From positions 6,824-70,823 of the forward strand of contig JAUSGO010000004.1 in assembly GCA_030649025.1 (NCBI GenBank): a stretch of DNA of 64,000 nucleotides. Reading direction: 5' to 3'. This document shows positions 26,933 through 37,468 of this stretch, one piece after another (within the stretch, counting starts at the first letter, position 1; every line of letters begins with the position of its first letter). The notes under the pieces are model-generated. The model saw only the letters and a program-made list of their open reading frames with translations. It was not told where the DNA came from and made no database searches. Origin of the DNA: a bacterium (lineage in GTDB: Bacteria; Patescibacteriota; Minisyncoccia; JAUYLV01). Both the position numbers and the translations under genes were made by a program.

Positions 26933-28306
26933 GTGGATCAAAAACAATTTCTTTCGGCGCTTACGCAGATATCCGAAGAAAAGGGCATATCGCGGGAACG
27001 CGTTATTGAAACAATAGAAATGGCTGTCGCCGCGGCCTATAAGCGCGAATATGGCCGCAGAGGACAGATCGTGCGGGCAAAAATGGATCCCGAAACGGGC
27101 GTGATGTCATTCACGCAGGTGAAGTTGATTGTGGAACCCTCAATGCTAAAAACAGAGGAAGAGATTGCCCAGGAGGAAAAAGAAGCGACGGAACGCATTG
27201 CCGCGGCTGCGACGGCAACGCCGGAGGAAAAAAGACTTCAAAAGAAGCGGGAAATGGAGGCCGAAGAACTACTCGAGAAAATTCCCGAATCGGAAGAGGA
27301 GAAAAAAATAAGATTCAATCCCGAGAAGCACATTCTTCTGGAAGATGCCCGGAAAGAAAATAAGGATATTCAGGTCGGCGAAGAGTTTATTACTTCGCTC
27401 GAGACGCATTCGGATTTCGGGCGCATTGCGGCCCAGACCGCAAAACAGGTTATTATCCAGCGCATCCGCGAAGCCGAACGAGATGCGATATTTGCCGAGT
27501 ATAAGGGAAAGGAATGGGAACTGGTGAGCGGTATTGTGCAGCGCATTGAAGGACAGAGTGTTTTTGTGGACCTTGGCAAAACCATCGCAACGCTTTTCCC
27601 CGAGGATCAGCTGCCCACGGAAAACTATCGCATAGGCCAGCGCTTGAGATTCCTGCTCATCAGGGTTGAAATGACGCCCAGAGGCCCCTTGGTACTGCTT
27701 TCCCGGTCGCATCCCATGGTGCTTCGCAAGCTCTTCGCCCTGGAAGTTCCCGAAATAGCCGCAGGAACCGTGGAGATCAAGTCTATAGCGCGCGAAGGCG
27801 GCTCACGAACAAAGGTGGCGGTGGCGTCAAAAGAAGAAGGCATTGATCCCATCGGTTCCTGCGTCGGACAGCGCGGCACGAGAGTGCAGACGGTCATTAA
27901 CGAGATCGGCGGAGAAAAAATAGATATCGTCGAGTGGTCCGAGAATCCGGAAGTGTTCGTTGCCCACGCGCTTTCCCCCGCAAAAGTTCTCGATGTAACG
28001 CTCTTTCCGGACGAGCGCAAGGCGATAGTGGAGGTGCCGCCGGACCAGCTTTCGCTTGCCATCGGGCAGAAAGGACAAAACGTGCGGCTTGCCGCAAAAC
28101 TAACCGGCTGGAAAATAGATATCAAAGGCGCGGAATTACCGGCGGAGGCAAGCGTTGAAGAAGACGTCGCGACAGAAGGCGACGCCCAAGAGGCCACGCT
28201 CTCTGAGCCCGAGACAGAAACGCCCGCTTCGCAAAGCGCTTCTTCGGCAAGCGAAGAAATTCAGCCAGCCGCGGAAGAGAAGGTAACAGATGCGGCAAAG
28301 GAATAA
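26933..28306 (+). CDS. nusA: Transcription termination factor NusA
   Basis: FGRIAAQTAKQVIIQRIREAER, S1 and KH domains, LSLAIGQKGQNVRLAAKLTGWKIDI; GTG start. Confidence 0.98.
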   Translation: MDQKQFLSALTQISEEKGISRERVIETIEMAVAAAYKREYGRRGQIVRAKMDPETGVMSFTQVKLIVEPSMLKTEEEIAQEEKEATERIAAAATATPEEKRLQKKREMEAEELLEKIPESEEEKKIRFNPEKHILLEDARKENKDIQVGEEFITSLETHSDFGRIAAQTAKQVIIQRIREAERDAIFAEYKGKEWELVSGIVQRIEGQSVFVDLGKTIATLFPEDQLPTENYRIGQRLRFLLIRVEMTPRGPLVLLSRSHPMVLRKLFALEVPEIAAGTVEIKSIAREGGSRTKVAVASKEEGIDPIGSCVGQRGTRVQTVINEIGGEKIDIVEWSENPEVFVAHALSPAKVLDVTLFPDERKAIVEVPPDQLSLAIGQKGQNVRLAAKLTGWKIDIKGAELPAEASVEEDVATEGDAQEATLSEPETETPASQSASSASEEIQPAAEEKVTDAAKE

Positions 28307-28321
28307 ATTAGGGGGTGGTCT

Positions 28322-28741
28322 TTGAAAATTGAAAGAAGGAAGTTTTTTGAGTGGGACAAGACAACGCAAATGCAACTGAAGCGGGCAACGCTGCCCGGGG
28401 GATACTTGAAGCATTTCATACGGTTATTTCCTGAATCGCCGACGATTGTTGTATTCGAACAGAAGCGTATTAAGGGGTGGGCCTTTGCATTCTTTCACGA
28501 GGGTACGACGGATCTGTTTCTTTTTGTTCACAGACAATACAGAAGACAGGGCGTGGCGACGTTGCTTATTACGGAGGCCATGAAAGACTTTCCGACAATC
28601 ATGCTTGCCAAATGGAATGGGGTGACGGCGCGGTTTTTTCAAAAAATGCACAGAACACATCCTTCGAAAGTGCAGGTCTATGATTGGTGGAAAAGCCTTT
28701 CGAGGTACTCGAAACTTCTTCAACTCACGCCAGCCTCATAG
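28322..28741 (+). CDS. GNAT-family acetyltransferase
   Basis: LFVHRQYRRQGVATLL acetyl-CoA-binding motif A. Confidence 0.75.
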   Translation: MKIERRKFFEWDKTTQMQLKRATLPGGYLKHFIRLFPESPTIVVFEQKRIKGWAFAFFHEGTTDLFLFVHRQYRRQGVATLLITEAMKDFPTIMLAKWNGVTARFFQKMHRTHPSKVQVYDWWKSLSRYSKLLQLTPAS

Positions 28742-28806
28742 CCCGCCGTCTACCCGGCGGTTTTTTGTTTGTCTCCGGTGCGGATTCCTGGTATGCTAAA
28801 AAATGC

Positions 28807-29910
28807 ATGAAACAAAAAATAAAAGTCGGCATTATTTTTGGTGGCAAATCAGCAGAACACGAAGTGTCTTTGCAGTCTGCAAAAAATATCATTGCGGCTC
28901 TCGACAAGGAGAAGTATGAATCGGTGCTTGTGGGCATTGATAAAGAGGGCCGGTGGCACCTTGCCGATGATTCTGAATTTCTGCTTCATGCCGAAGATCC
29001 AAAGCTTATTGCGCTGAATAAATCAGCCGCTACCCCTCTTACCGTTTCTCCCGGAGACGGCAAGCGGGGCCTCGTTGCCTTTCCTCTCAGGAAGGATGGA
29101 GAAGGATCCATTGATGTATTGTTCCCCGTGCTTCACGGGCCGTTCGGGGAAGATGGAACCGTGCAGGGGTTGTTGAAACTTCTCGACGTGCCCTTCGTTG
29201 GCGCTGGTGTTTTGGGTTCTGCCGTGGGCATGGATAAGGATGTTGCAAAGCGGCTTTTTCGAGACGCGGGAATTCCTACGGCAAAATTTATTGCATACCG
29301 CGCATCCGGCGGGATTCCTGATTTTGACGAGGTGGAAAAACTGGTCGGTCTGCCTCTTTTTGTAAAACCGGCAAATCTCGGCTCTTCCGTGGGCATCCAT
29401 AAGGTAAAGAACAAAAACGAATTTACCCGGGCATGCCAGGACGCGTTCCAGTATGACGAAAAGATCCTTGTCGAAGAATTTATCAATGGACGGGAAATAG
29501 AATGCGCAGTTTTGGGCAATGATGACCCGATAGCGTCGCTTCCGGGAGAGGTGATACCGCGGCACGAATTTTATTCCTACGAGGCCAAATATATCGACGA
29601 GCAGGGCGCAACCCTGCAAATTCCTGTAAAACTTCCGCCCGCTGTTGTAAAAAAAATCCAGCAGTTGGCTCTGCGAGCTTTTAAGGCGCTGTGTTTAGAA
29701 GGTATGGCGCGCGTGGATTTCTTTTTGAGAAATGGCACCGAAGCGCTTATAAACGAGGTGAATACCATCCCGGGTTTTACCAATATCAGCATGTATCCGA
29801 AATTGTGGGAGGCAAGCGGCCTCTCATATGCGAAACTCATTGATAAATTAATCGAGCTTGCCATGGAGAGGCATGAGAAAGAGAAAAAACTAAAAACATC
29901 CGTTGGGTGA
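28807..29910 (+). CDS. ddl: D-alanine--D-alanine ligase
   Basis: FGGKSAEHEVS, LHGPFGEDG, KPANLGSSVG, FYSYEAKY, NEVNTIPGFT. Confidence 0.98.
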   Translation: MKQKIKVGIIFGGKSAEHEVSLQSAKNIIAALDKEKYESVLVGIDKEGRWHLADDSEFLLHAEDPKLIALNKSAATPLTVSPGDGKRGLVAFPLRKDGEGSIDVLFPVLHGPFGEDGTVQGLLKLLDVPFVGAGVLGSAVGMDKDVAKRLFRDAGIPTAKFIAYRASGGIPDFDEVEKLVGLPLFVKPANLGSSVGIHKVKNKNEFTRACQDAFQYDEKILVEEFINGREIECAVLGNDDPIASLPGEVIPRHEFYSYEAKYIDEQGATLQIPVKLPPAVVKKIQQLALRAFKALCLEGMARVDFFLRNGTEALINEVNTIPGFTNISMYPKLWEASGLSYAKLIDKLIELAMERHEKEKKLKTSVG

Positions 29911-29978
29911 TGCGGCATACGCCTTCAAGGAAGCGAAAGAGCGTGCGAGCGTTCTTTTTTGTTTCTTTTGGCGCCGCC

Positions 29979-30027
29979 TTGACGGGGCATCATGGTAAGA
30001 GTATGATAAGTATGAAATATCATTCAC
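29979..30027 (+). promoter_or_regulatory. Sigma70 promoter with repeated AGTATGA (possible AbrB-family operator)
   Basis: TTGACG 29979-29984, 17-bp spacer, TATGAT 30002-30007; AGTATGA twice. Confidence 0.55.
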
Positions 30028-30040
30028 TAAGCATTCCCCT

Positions 30041-30361
30041 ATGAAGCTCGATAAAGCGTTCTTAGAGCGCGCAAAAAAACTGCATAACCAAGACCGGCTT
30101 TACGGAACGACCACGATGGGTGCACGGGGGCAGGTGGTCATTCCCGCAAAAGCCCGGGCGGATTTCAAGTTGAAGGCCGGAGATCAACTGCTCGTTCTTG
30201 GGAAGTTCGGCAAGGTTTTGGCGTTCATGAAAGCGGATCAGATGGAAGAGTTCGTTAATATGATCATGGATCATGTTGCGGGCACTTCTGCGGAGTCTTT
30301 AGCCAAAACACACATCACAAAGTTATTCGGCTCGCTTAAAAAATCTAAGAAAAATTCATAA
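30041..30361 (+). CDS. AbrB/MazE/SpoVT-family DNA-binding protein
   Basis: TTTMGARGQVVIPAKARADFKLKAGDQL. Confidence 0.9.
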   Translation: MKLDKAFLERAKKLHNQDRLYGTTTMGARGQVVIPAKARADFKLKAGDQLLVLGKFGKVLAFMKADQMEEFVNMIMDHVAGTSAESLAKTHITKLFGSLKKSKKNS

Positions 30362-30364
30362 TAT

Positions 30365-31915
30365 ATGAAGCTACGTACAAAAATCGTTCTGGGAATTATT
30401 GTTGTCACAACTATCGGCGGCATTTCATACCGTCTTATTTGGGGCGGGAACGCCGCCGGCAATATCCAGACCGACTGGGTGAAAAAACAAAACCTGCGAT
30501 CCACGGTGCTTACCACGGGACAGGTTGTCTCTTCAACGGACCTTGCTTTGGGCTTCAAGGCAAGCGGTGTTGTAAAGAAGATTTCGGTCAGAGAGGGCGA
30601 TGTGGTGAAAGAGGGAGAAACTCTGGCCATGCTTGATCAAACCGATGCCTATGCTTCTTTAACGTCCGCCCAAGGAAGCCTCGCGCAGGCCAAAGCTAAT
30701 TACGACAAGGTGCTTGCCGGTGCCTCGAGCGAGGCGATAGCGGTTGCAGAAAAAGCGGTTGAGGCGTCCCAGGTTGCACTGGATAATGCAAACACGAACC
30801 TTCAGAGCATCAAGGCTACACAGGAGACCGCCGTGGTTAATGCTTATGCCACACTGCTTAATACGTCTTTTTCGGCGGTGGCGGGTTCCGGCAATCTGGA
30901 TAACGTTGTTCCCACCATTACCGGCACCTACATTGGTTTGCAGGAAGGAATATATCAGATCAGTCTTTTAAACAGCGGCAACGGTCTTCGTTTTCAAACT
31001 CAGGGACTTGAAAGTTCTTCGGGCGATGTAAAAACAACGCCGGTTTTTATGGGCACGAAGGGTCTCTACATCACGTTCGCATCGACCCCATCCATCGCAG
31101 ACACCTGGACCGTGAACATTCCAAATACTTATGCCTCTGCTTATGTTTCCAACAACAATGCCTATCAAGCAGCGCTAAAAGCGCGCGAAAGCGCCATAGC
31201 GAGTGCTCAGGCGCAGGTGAGTTCCGCCCAGGCAGCTCTGCTTCAGGCTCAAGCGTCCGAAGCTTCTACGCGTGCCCAAGCGCGGCCGGCCGATATTGCG
31301 GTTGCAAAAGCACAAATACTTTCTGCGGAAGGTCAGGTGAAGACCGCACAAGCTCTTGTGGAGAATACGACACTGAAAGCTCCGGCGGACGGTACGATAA
31401 CCCAGGTGGATATCAAGGTGGGCGAACAGACTACGGCATTGAAGGAGATTATTGTGTTGCAAGATGTGGGAAATTTGCATGTAGAGGCGAATGTCTCTGA
31501 GGCGTCGATTGCATCGCTCAAATCCGGTCAAGACGCGGATCTTACGTTTGATGCGCTGGGTCCGGACCGGCATTTTGCAGGGAAGGTAGAAAGCATTAAT
31601 CCGGCCTCCGTGGTCATTTCGGGCGTGGTGAACTATAAGATCACGGCAAGCTTTGAACCCATTCCCGACATCAGGCCCGGCATGACGGCCAACATGACCA
31701 TTCTTGCCGCGAAGAAAGAAGGAGTCCTTGCCGTGCCGCAGCGCGCGGTCATCAGCAAGGACGGTAAAAAATTCGTTCGGGTCATTGATGACGCAAAGAG
31801 GAAGGCCTATCACGAAACAGAGGTGGGAACGGGACTTGAGGCGGATGGCGGGCTTGTTGAAATAATCTTTGGTCTTTCGGAGGGGCAGGAAGTGGTGACA
31901 TATATCAAGGCATAA
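30365..31915 (+). CDS. Efflux periplasmic adaptor (MacA/HlyD family)
   Basis: N-terminal TM, lipoyl halves GVVKKISVREGDVVKEGE and KAPADGTI, coiled coil, RPGMTAN. Confidence 0.9.
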   Translation: MKLRTKIVLGIIVVTTIGGISYRLIWGGNAAGNIQTDWVKKQNLRSTVLTTGQVVSSTDLALGFKASGVVKKISVREGDVVKEGETLAMLDQTDAYASLTSAQGSLAQAKANYDKVLAGASSEAIAVAEKAVEASQVALDNANTNLQSIKATQETAVVNAYATLLNTSFSAVAGSGNLDNVVPTITGTYIGLQEGIYQISLLNSGNGLRFQTQGLESSSGDVKTTPVFMGTKGLYITFASTPSIADTWTVNIPNTYASAYVSNNNAYQAALKARESAIASAQAQVSSAQAALLQAQASEASTRAQARPADIAVAKAQILSAEGQVKTAQALVENTTLKAPADGTITQVDIKVGEQTTALKEIIVLQDVGNLHVEANVSEASIASLKSGQDADLTFDALGPDRHFAGKVESINPASVVISGVVNYKITASFEPIPDIRPGMTANMTILAAKKEGVLAVPQRAVISKDGKKFVRVIDDAKRKAYHETEVGTGLEADGGLVEIIFGLSEGQEVVTYIKA

Positions 31916-31916
31916 T

Positions 31917-32633
31917 ATGCATTTGATCCGGGTAGAAAAATTGATGAAGGATTACACGAATGAAGATGTGGTAACGCAAGTGCTGCGCGGGATTGATTTT
32001 ATCGTGGAGCCCGGCGAGTTCGTTGCCATTATGGGGCCGAGCGGCTCCGGAAAGTCTACGCTCATGCATATTTTAAGTTTTCTGGACCGGCCGACCTCGG
32101 GGTTTTTTGAGTTCGAAGGCAAGGATACAAAAGATTTTTCCGATGAGTATCTGGCCGAGCTTCGGAATGAGCGCGTTGGATTTGTATTCCAGTCATTCAA
32201 TTTACTTAGCCGGACCACGGTGCTGGACAATGTGAAGCTGCCTCTTATCTATAGTAAGAAGAAAGAACAGGACCGGCTTGCCAAGGAAGCGCTTGAGGCA
32301 GTCGGCCTTTCGCATCGGCTCGATTATTTCACCAATCAGATCTCCGGCGGCGAAAAACAGCGCGTGGCCATTGCCCGGGCTTTGGTGTGCGATCCGGCGG
32401 TTATATTCGCCGATGAGCCGACGGGAAACCTGGATTCAAAATCGGGACATTCCATCATGCGCATTTTACAGGAGTTGAATGCACAGGGGCGCACCATTAT
32501 CCTTGTCACTCACGAAACCGACACGGCAAACCACGCAAAACGCGTCATTCGCATCAGGGATGGCGCGATAATTTCGGACGAACCGGTCAAAATTCGGACC
32601 ATGGCTACGGCGGAAAGCGAATTAACGAAATAA
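31917..32633 (+). CDS. ABC transporter ATP-binding protein (MacB/LolD family)
   Basis: [33 protein letters not shown]. Confidence 0.97.
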   Translation: MHLIRVEKLMKDYTNEDVVTQVLRGIDFIVEPGEFVAIMGPSGSGKSTLMHILSFLDRPTSGFFEFEGKDTKDFSDEYLAELRNERVGFVFQSFNLLSRTTVLDNVKLPLIYSKKKEQDRLAKEALEAVGLSHRLDYFTNQISGGEKQRVAIARALVCDPAVIFADEPTGNLDSKSGHSIMRILQELNAQGRTIILVTHETDTANHAKRVIRIRDGAIISDEPVKIRTMATAESELTK

Positions 32634-32634
32634 A

Positions 32635-33906
32635 ATGAGCTTTCTCTCCACCATAAAACTGGTTGTCCGCACACTGCTCGCCCGCAAGGGGCGTTCTTTT
32701 CTTACGATCCTGGGCATCATCATCGGTGTCGGCGGGGTCATAACCATCATCGCGCTGGGAGCCGGGGCGCAAAGCCTGGTGCTGGGACAGGTGACGAAAC
32801 TCGGGACCAATCTTCTCTATGTTCAGCCCTGGACCGGAAGCGAGAACGGTCCTCCTTCCACCGTGTTCGGCGTGGTCATAACCACCCTGACCAACGAAGA
32901 TGCCGATGCTCTGCGCGATAAGGGACGCGTGCCACATGCCGTGGCAGTCAACCCATCGGTACAGGGTACGGCCACAATCACCTGGGGCACCGCAAACGTA
33001 GATACCAATTTTACCGCAACGGATTTCAACTATCCTGTAGGCGTCAACTTTACTATGCGCGAAGGGAGATTTTTCAGCGAGCAGGAAGATCGGGGCGATG
33101 CCAACGTTATTGTATTGGGCAGCACCGTGGCAGAAGAGCTTTTTGGCGGCACCGGAATAGACCCGGTGGGGCAGACAGTGAAGGCAAAAACCGCTTCGCA
33201 AAAAGAACCGGGCGGCATACCCTTGCGCGTTTCGGGCGTTATCAATTCTCGGGGAAGCTCCTTTTTCCAGGATCAGGACGATATGGTGTTCATGCCCCTG
33301 GGCATCGGGCAAAAACAGATGCTTGGCATCCGGTATCTGCAGGGCATCGGTATCAAAGTAGATTCGGCCGATACGGTCTCTTCAACGGCGGCGGATATAA
33401 CACAAGTGCTGAAAGAAAGACATCGTATCAAGGAAGATGTAGATCTGGATTTTATCATTCGCAACCAGGCGGAAGCCATCAACATTTTAAGCACCATTAC
33501 CAATGCGCTAAAACTTTTCCTAGTCTCCATGGCGGGGATCGCTTTGGTTGTTGCCGGAATCGGCATTTTAAACATCATGCTTGTGACAGTTGCCGAGCGC
33601 ACGCGTGAAATTGGGCTCCGCAAGGCCGTGGGCGCTACGAACGCCGCTATCCGAAACCAGTTTTTATTTGAGGCCGGTACCTTGACGCTTCTTGGCGGAA
33701 TGTTCGGGATCGTGGGAGGGGTTGTTGTCTCGTATCTTGCGGCTATCATCATGCGCTCTTTAGACTACGACTGGGCTTTTGTCATCTCGCCGTCGTCGGT
33801 GGTGCTGGCAGTGGGCGTTTCCATTCTCACCGGTGTCGTGTTCGGCCTGTACCCGGCCCTCAAGGCATCTCGGCTCAATCCGATAGATGCGTTGAGATAT
33901 GAATAA
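32635..33906 (+). CDS. ABC permease (MacB/FtsX family)
   Basis: RSFLTILGIIIGV, ERTREIGLRKAVGA, PIDALRYE. Confidence 0.95.
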   Translation: MSFLSTIKLVVRTLLARKGRSFLTILGIIIGVGGVITIIALGAGAQSLVLGQVTKLGTNLLYVQPWTGSENGPPSTVFGVVITTLTNEDADALRDKGRVPHAVAVNPSVQGTATITWGTANVDTNFTATDFNYPVGVNFTMREGRFFSEQEDRGDANVIVLGSTVAEELFGGTGIDPVGQTVKAKTASQKEPGGIPLRVSGVINSRGSSFFQDQDDMVFMPLGIGQKQMLGIRYLQGIGIKVDSADTVSSTAADITQVLKERHRIKEDVDLDFIIRNQAEAINILSTITNALKLFLVSMAGIALVVAGIGILNIMLVTVAERTREIGLRKAVGATNAAIRNQFLFEAGTLTLLGGMFGIVGGVVVSYLAAIIMRSLDYDWAFVISPSSVVLAVGVSILTGVVFGLYPALKASRLNPIDALRYE

Positions 33907-33912
33907 TGGTAT

Positions 33913-35169
33913 ATGTTGAAAGCGCTGAAACAATCTATAAAGGCCCTGAGGTCAAATTCCGTACGCACGGTACTCACAACGCTTGGCATCGTTATTGGTA
34001 TTGCTACCGTCATTTTAGTGCTCTCGGCCGGGGCTGGTTTTCGAGGATTGGTGAATAACGAGATTGCTTCGCTTGGCACCAACACCCTGGTCATCGCAAC
34101 AAAAGTTCCGCCTACTACCAAGAATCGGGCCTCGGCTTCGGGGCTTGGTCCGGGCAGCGGGAATTTTAATGAAACGGTGGCCGTCACTTCGTTCAAGTTG
34201 CGCGACCTTGACGACATAAAGCGTCTGCCAAATGTGGCAGACGCATACGGTATTGTTGTGGGGCAGGGAACGGCAAGTTACCGCAATAATAAAAAAAGCG
34301 CCATGTATATCGGCGCGGGCGCTTCCAGGTTCAACATCGATAAAGGGACTCTCGGCGAAGGCCGTTTTTATACCGATGGAGAGGACGTGGGAGCGGCGCA
34401 GGTAGCGGTGCTCGGTTCCTCCATGGCGAGAGAACTTTTTGGGCAAGATCTGCCTCTGGGGAAATATTTGCGCCTGGGTTCTCTTAATTTCCAGGTGATC
34501 GGCGTGTATAATTCGAGGGGCGGAGTTGGTCCGGGCAATGATGATGCCATATTCATTCCTCTCATAACCGCGCAAAAGAAGATGCTTGGCATTGACCATA
34601 TTGCGCGGGCGGTGGTGGCAATGCAGGATACGGACCTGTCAGACGCTACGGCGGAGGACATCCGACTGGTATTGCGCCATAACCACGATATTACGGACAC
34701 CGCAAAGGACGACTTTACGGTGGCAACGCAGGAGGACGTTCTGGCAACGCTCGGTACTGTTTTCAACGGCATCACCATCCTGCTCATTGCCATTGCGGCC
34801 ATTTCCCTTGTCGTCGGCGGGGTCGGTATTATGAATATTATGTACGTGGTGGTAACGGAGCGCACGGCGGAGATCGGCCTCAAAAAAGCCATTGGAGCAA
34901 AGAACGGCGACATCTTGAACGAATTTCTTATTGAATCGGTTCTGGTGACGGTGCTGGGCGGCATTATCGGCATATTTCTGGGTGCGTTTCTTGCGTGGCT
35001 TGTTTCCGTTATTGCATCCGCCAATAATCTTACCTGGGCTTTTACCGTGCCCCTTTATGCCATCGGTATCGGCGTTGGAGTTTCGGCAACCATCGGTATA
35101 AGCTTCGGAGTGCTGCCCGCCAGAAGTGCCGCAAAACTTGATCCGGTAGAAGCGCTGCGGTACGAGTGA
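33913..35169 (+). CDS. ABC permease (MacB/FtsX family), second paralog
   Basis: RTVLTTLGIVIGI, ERTAEIGLKKAIGA, PVEALRYE. Confidence 0.95.
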   Translation: MLKALKQSIKALRSNSVRTVLTTLGIVIGIATVILVLSAGAGFRGLVNNEIASLGTNTLVIATKVPPTTKNRASASGLGPGSGNFNETVAVTSFKLRDLDDIKRLPNVADAYGIVVGQGTASYRNNKKSAMYIGAGASRFNIDKGTLGEGRFYTDGEDVGAAQVAVLGSSMARELFGQDLPLGKYLRLGSLNFQVIGVYNSRGGVGPGNDDAIFIPLITAQKKMLGIDHIARAVVAMQDTDLSDATAEDIRLVLRHNHDITDTAKDDFTVATQEDVLATLGTVFNGITILLIAIAAISLVVGGVGIMNIMYVVVTERTAEIGLKKAIGAKNGDILNEFLIESVLVTVLGGIIGIFLGAFLAWLVSVIASANNLTWAFTVPLYAIGIGVGVSATIGISFGVLPARSAAKLDPVEALRYE

Positions 35170-35199
35170 TTTTCTTTTTGCCATAAGCGTTTGAATAGC

Positions 35200-35237
35200 A
35201 AAAAAAACGGCACCGCATAAGTGCCGCTCATTTTTTC
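35200..35237. terminator. Bidirectional terminator
   Basis: AAAAAAAA-CGGCAC..GTGCCG..TTTTTT between convergent genes. Confidence 0.55.
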
Positions 35238-35252
35238 CTTGTTGCCTAAAGG

Positions 35253-35501
35253 CTACGAGGACTTTTTTGTTCTTCTGAAGCCCAACAATCCCGGATATTT
35301 TTGAAGAAAAGCCTCAACCTTTTTCTTGGTGGTCTGGACAACGATGCGCCGCCCTCTTTCTCCACGCGACCGGTCGGGTTGCATACCATGTTCGACAACT
35401 CTGATGCCGTTATTCCGAAGCAATCCCTCGGCAGTTCCGGGCATCATTCTGGCGGTGTTCCAATAAGCCCCAAAGCGCAATCCAGTAGTTCTGGCCATCA
35501 T
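35253..35501 (-). CDS. Small basic hypothetical protein
   Basis: 82-aa ORF with GGGAGAG SD, ends at a terminator. Confidence 0.5.
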   Translation of the reverse strand: MMARTTGLRFGAYWNTARMMPGTAEGLLRNNGIRVVEHGMQPDRSRGERGRRIVVQTTKKKVEAFLQKYPGLLGFRRTKKSS

Positions 35502-35684
35502 CTCTCCCTTCAAGTAGTTTTTCTAGAATTTTCCTGTTCTCAAACAACAAGATAGTATAGAGCACACAGAGATTTTTGCAATAGAGCGATGGATTCATTT
35601 GACACGGACACCCCGATTCATATAAAATAAATATTCTCAAACGAGAAGAGTTCTTTAAGAATAATTTAATAGAAGGAGGGCTTT

Positions 35685-36680
35685 ATGAGGGGTCGCGTCA
35701 GGGTTTTCCTGTTTTTGCTGTTATGTGTTCCGCAAGCCAGCCTTGCCTATGATAGTTGCGATGCCATCTTGTCCGAAGCAGACATCCGTTCCACCGTGGA
35801 CATTCTTGCTCATCCGGCGCTTGCTGGCCGCGGAACTGGTCAGCGGGGGTTTTATGTTGCAGGACTCTTTCTTGCCCGGGAATTGCGCAATGCCGGATTT
35901 ATGCCGTTGCCGAATAACACCGAAGGATATTTTCAAACGTTTAGAGCGTATACCGGAGCGAAGGCCGGCGGAGAAATATCACGAAATGTTATCGGCTATC
36001 TCCCGGGAAAAGTTTCTGGAGAATATGTTATTATCGGCGCCCACTACGACCACCTCGGTGAAGAAATGGGAACAACATATCTTGGTGCCGACGACAATGC
36101 ATCCGGCACCTCAGGAGTCCTTGCAATTGCAAGACAGCTGGGTGCATGTGTCGGCTCCGGGAAAAAGCTTCGCAGAAGCGTCATCGTCGGATTTTGGGGA
36201 GCCGAGGAAATGGGCCTTGTCGGTTCGGAGTATTTTGTCGCAAGCAACATCGTGCCACTCAAAGAGATTGTCACGGTCTTTAATCTCGACATGGTGGGCC
36301 GCAACAACCCGCGACAACTTACAGCCATCGGAGCAGAACGTCCGATAGATTTTCCTCGCGCAAATCCGATACTCGAAAAACTTCTTCAGGAAGAGAACGC
36401 GAAGCTTGTTTTGCCTTTTGCCATCGGGTACGAGGACGGCGGCGTCGGATACTTCAACAGAACCGACAGCTACTCGTTCTTTGACGCCAGTTCTCCGAAA
36501 AACCGCCTTCCCGTTTTGACCCTTACTTCGCTCCTCCACAAGGACTACCACAGGCCGACGGATACTCCGGAAAAAATAGATGCCGGAAAGGTCCGGAACG
36601 TTGCACAACTTTTGTACCAAATCGTCGTGCGTCTTGCGACAAGCGCTCTTCGCCCGGCATATACGACGCAAACACATTAA
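35685..36680 (+). CDS. Secreted M28-family aminopeptidase
   Basis: Signal peptide; GAHYDHLG, GADDNASG, GAEEMGLVGS, NLDMVG, YHRPTDT. Confidence 0.93.
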   Translation: MRGRVRVFLFLLLCVPQASLAYDSCDAILSEADIRSTVDILAHPALAGRGTGQRGFYVAGLFLARELRNAGFMPLPNNTEGYFQTFRAYTGAKAGGEISRNVIGYLPGKVSGEYVIIGAHYDHLGEEMGTTYLGADDNASGTSGVLAIARQLGACVGSGKKLRRSVIVGFWGAEEMGLVGSEYFVASNIVPLKEIVTVFNLDMVGRNNPRQLTAIGAERPIDFPRANPILEKLLQEENAKLVLPFAIGYEDGGVGYFNRTDSYSFFDASSPKNRLPVLTLTSLLHKDYHRPTDTPEKIDAGKVRNVAQLLYQIVVRLATSALRPAYTTQTH

Positions 36681-36730
36681 TGCGGGTGGAAAGCACAACA
36701 TAGCCCTCGGTAACGCCGCGGGCTTTTTGA

Positions 36731-36900
36731 TGTTTTGTCCACGCCAGGGCGGGGCTACGAAACGAAACCCCGCACGCAGTTTGCCAGATGTATTGGAACA
36801 TACTTCTGCAAAGACAGAGAACTGCCTTTGTGCGCGAAGCGCGTGCGCCGAATAGGCGCATCCCGTTGCGCCCGCAGCGCTTCGCCTCACAATAAAATTG
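36731..36900. repeat. Structured non-coding element, copy 1
   Basis: Shares GCGCCGAATAGGCGCATCCC, AGCGCTTCGCC and a TTTYGT..ACGAAAC hairpin with 37469-37652. Confidence 0.7.
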
Positions 36901-36987
36901 CAAACTGTCGTGCTGGGCTGTTGATTTTTTCCGCGCGACGTGCTTAATTAAAGCGAAGTTCTTTTCATTTCACCACGGAGGTGCGCC

Positions 36988-37431
36988 TTGCCCCATAAAT
37001 ACTGGAAGAAGGAAGACGAGAAGGCCGTAAAACTCGCAAGATCTTATCCGGAGCTCTGTACGGTTGCAAAACGCGTTCTTGGGAGAATCGGGGAAGACGT
37101 TTGTTTCGTATGCGGACCCATCACCACGGGCGGCGCCGGATCCGTAAAGAAAAATATCGTTGTATTGAAGCGGCGCATTACACTTCTTCGCAAAGAAGGC
37201 AAAAACGTTTTTGATCAGATGGCGTTTGAAAAAGCGCTTTGGCGTATAGAAAAGCTGGTGAGGGGCTCGGAAAAAGACCTTCTCAATGGATTTTATCGGC
37301 CTCTGTTTGAGCTGGGAAAGATCAAAACATTTTATTTCGTTTTCGGATGGGAGACCTCATACGGGGCGCAGTGGGAATATAACCAGGCACGGCGCCTGGG
37401 CATCCGGACGGTTTTTCTTGGGAAATTATAG
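36988..37431 (+). CDS. DUF4406-like / nucleoside deoxyribosyltransferase-fold protein
   Basis: VCGPITTG and GWETSYGAQWEYNQARRLGI motifs; GGAGG SD with TTG start. Confidence 0.7.
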   Translation: MPHKYWKKEDEKAVKLARSYPELCTVAKRVLGRIGEDVCFVCGPITTGGAGSVKKNIVVLKRRITLLRKEGKNVFDQMAFEKALWRIEKLVRGSEKDLLNGFYRPLFELGKIKTFYFVFGWETSYGAQWEYNQARRLGIRTVFLGKL

Positions 37432-37468
37432 ACACGCCGGAAATCACCCTTCTTTAGGAGGGGATTTT

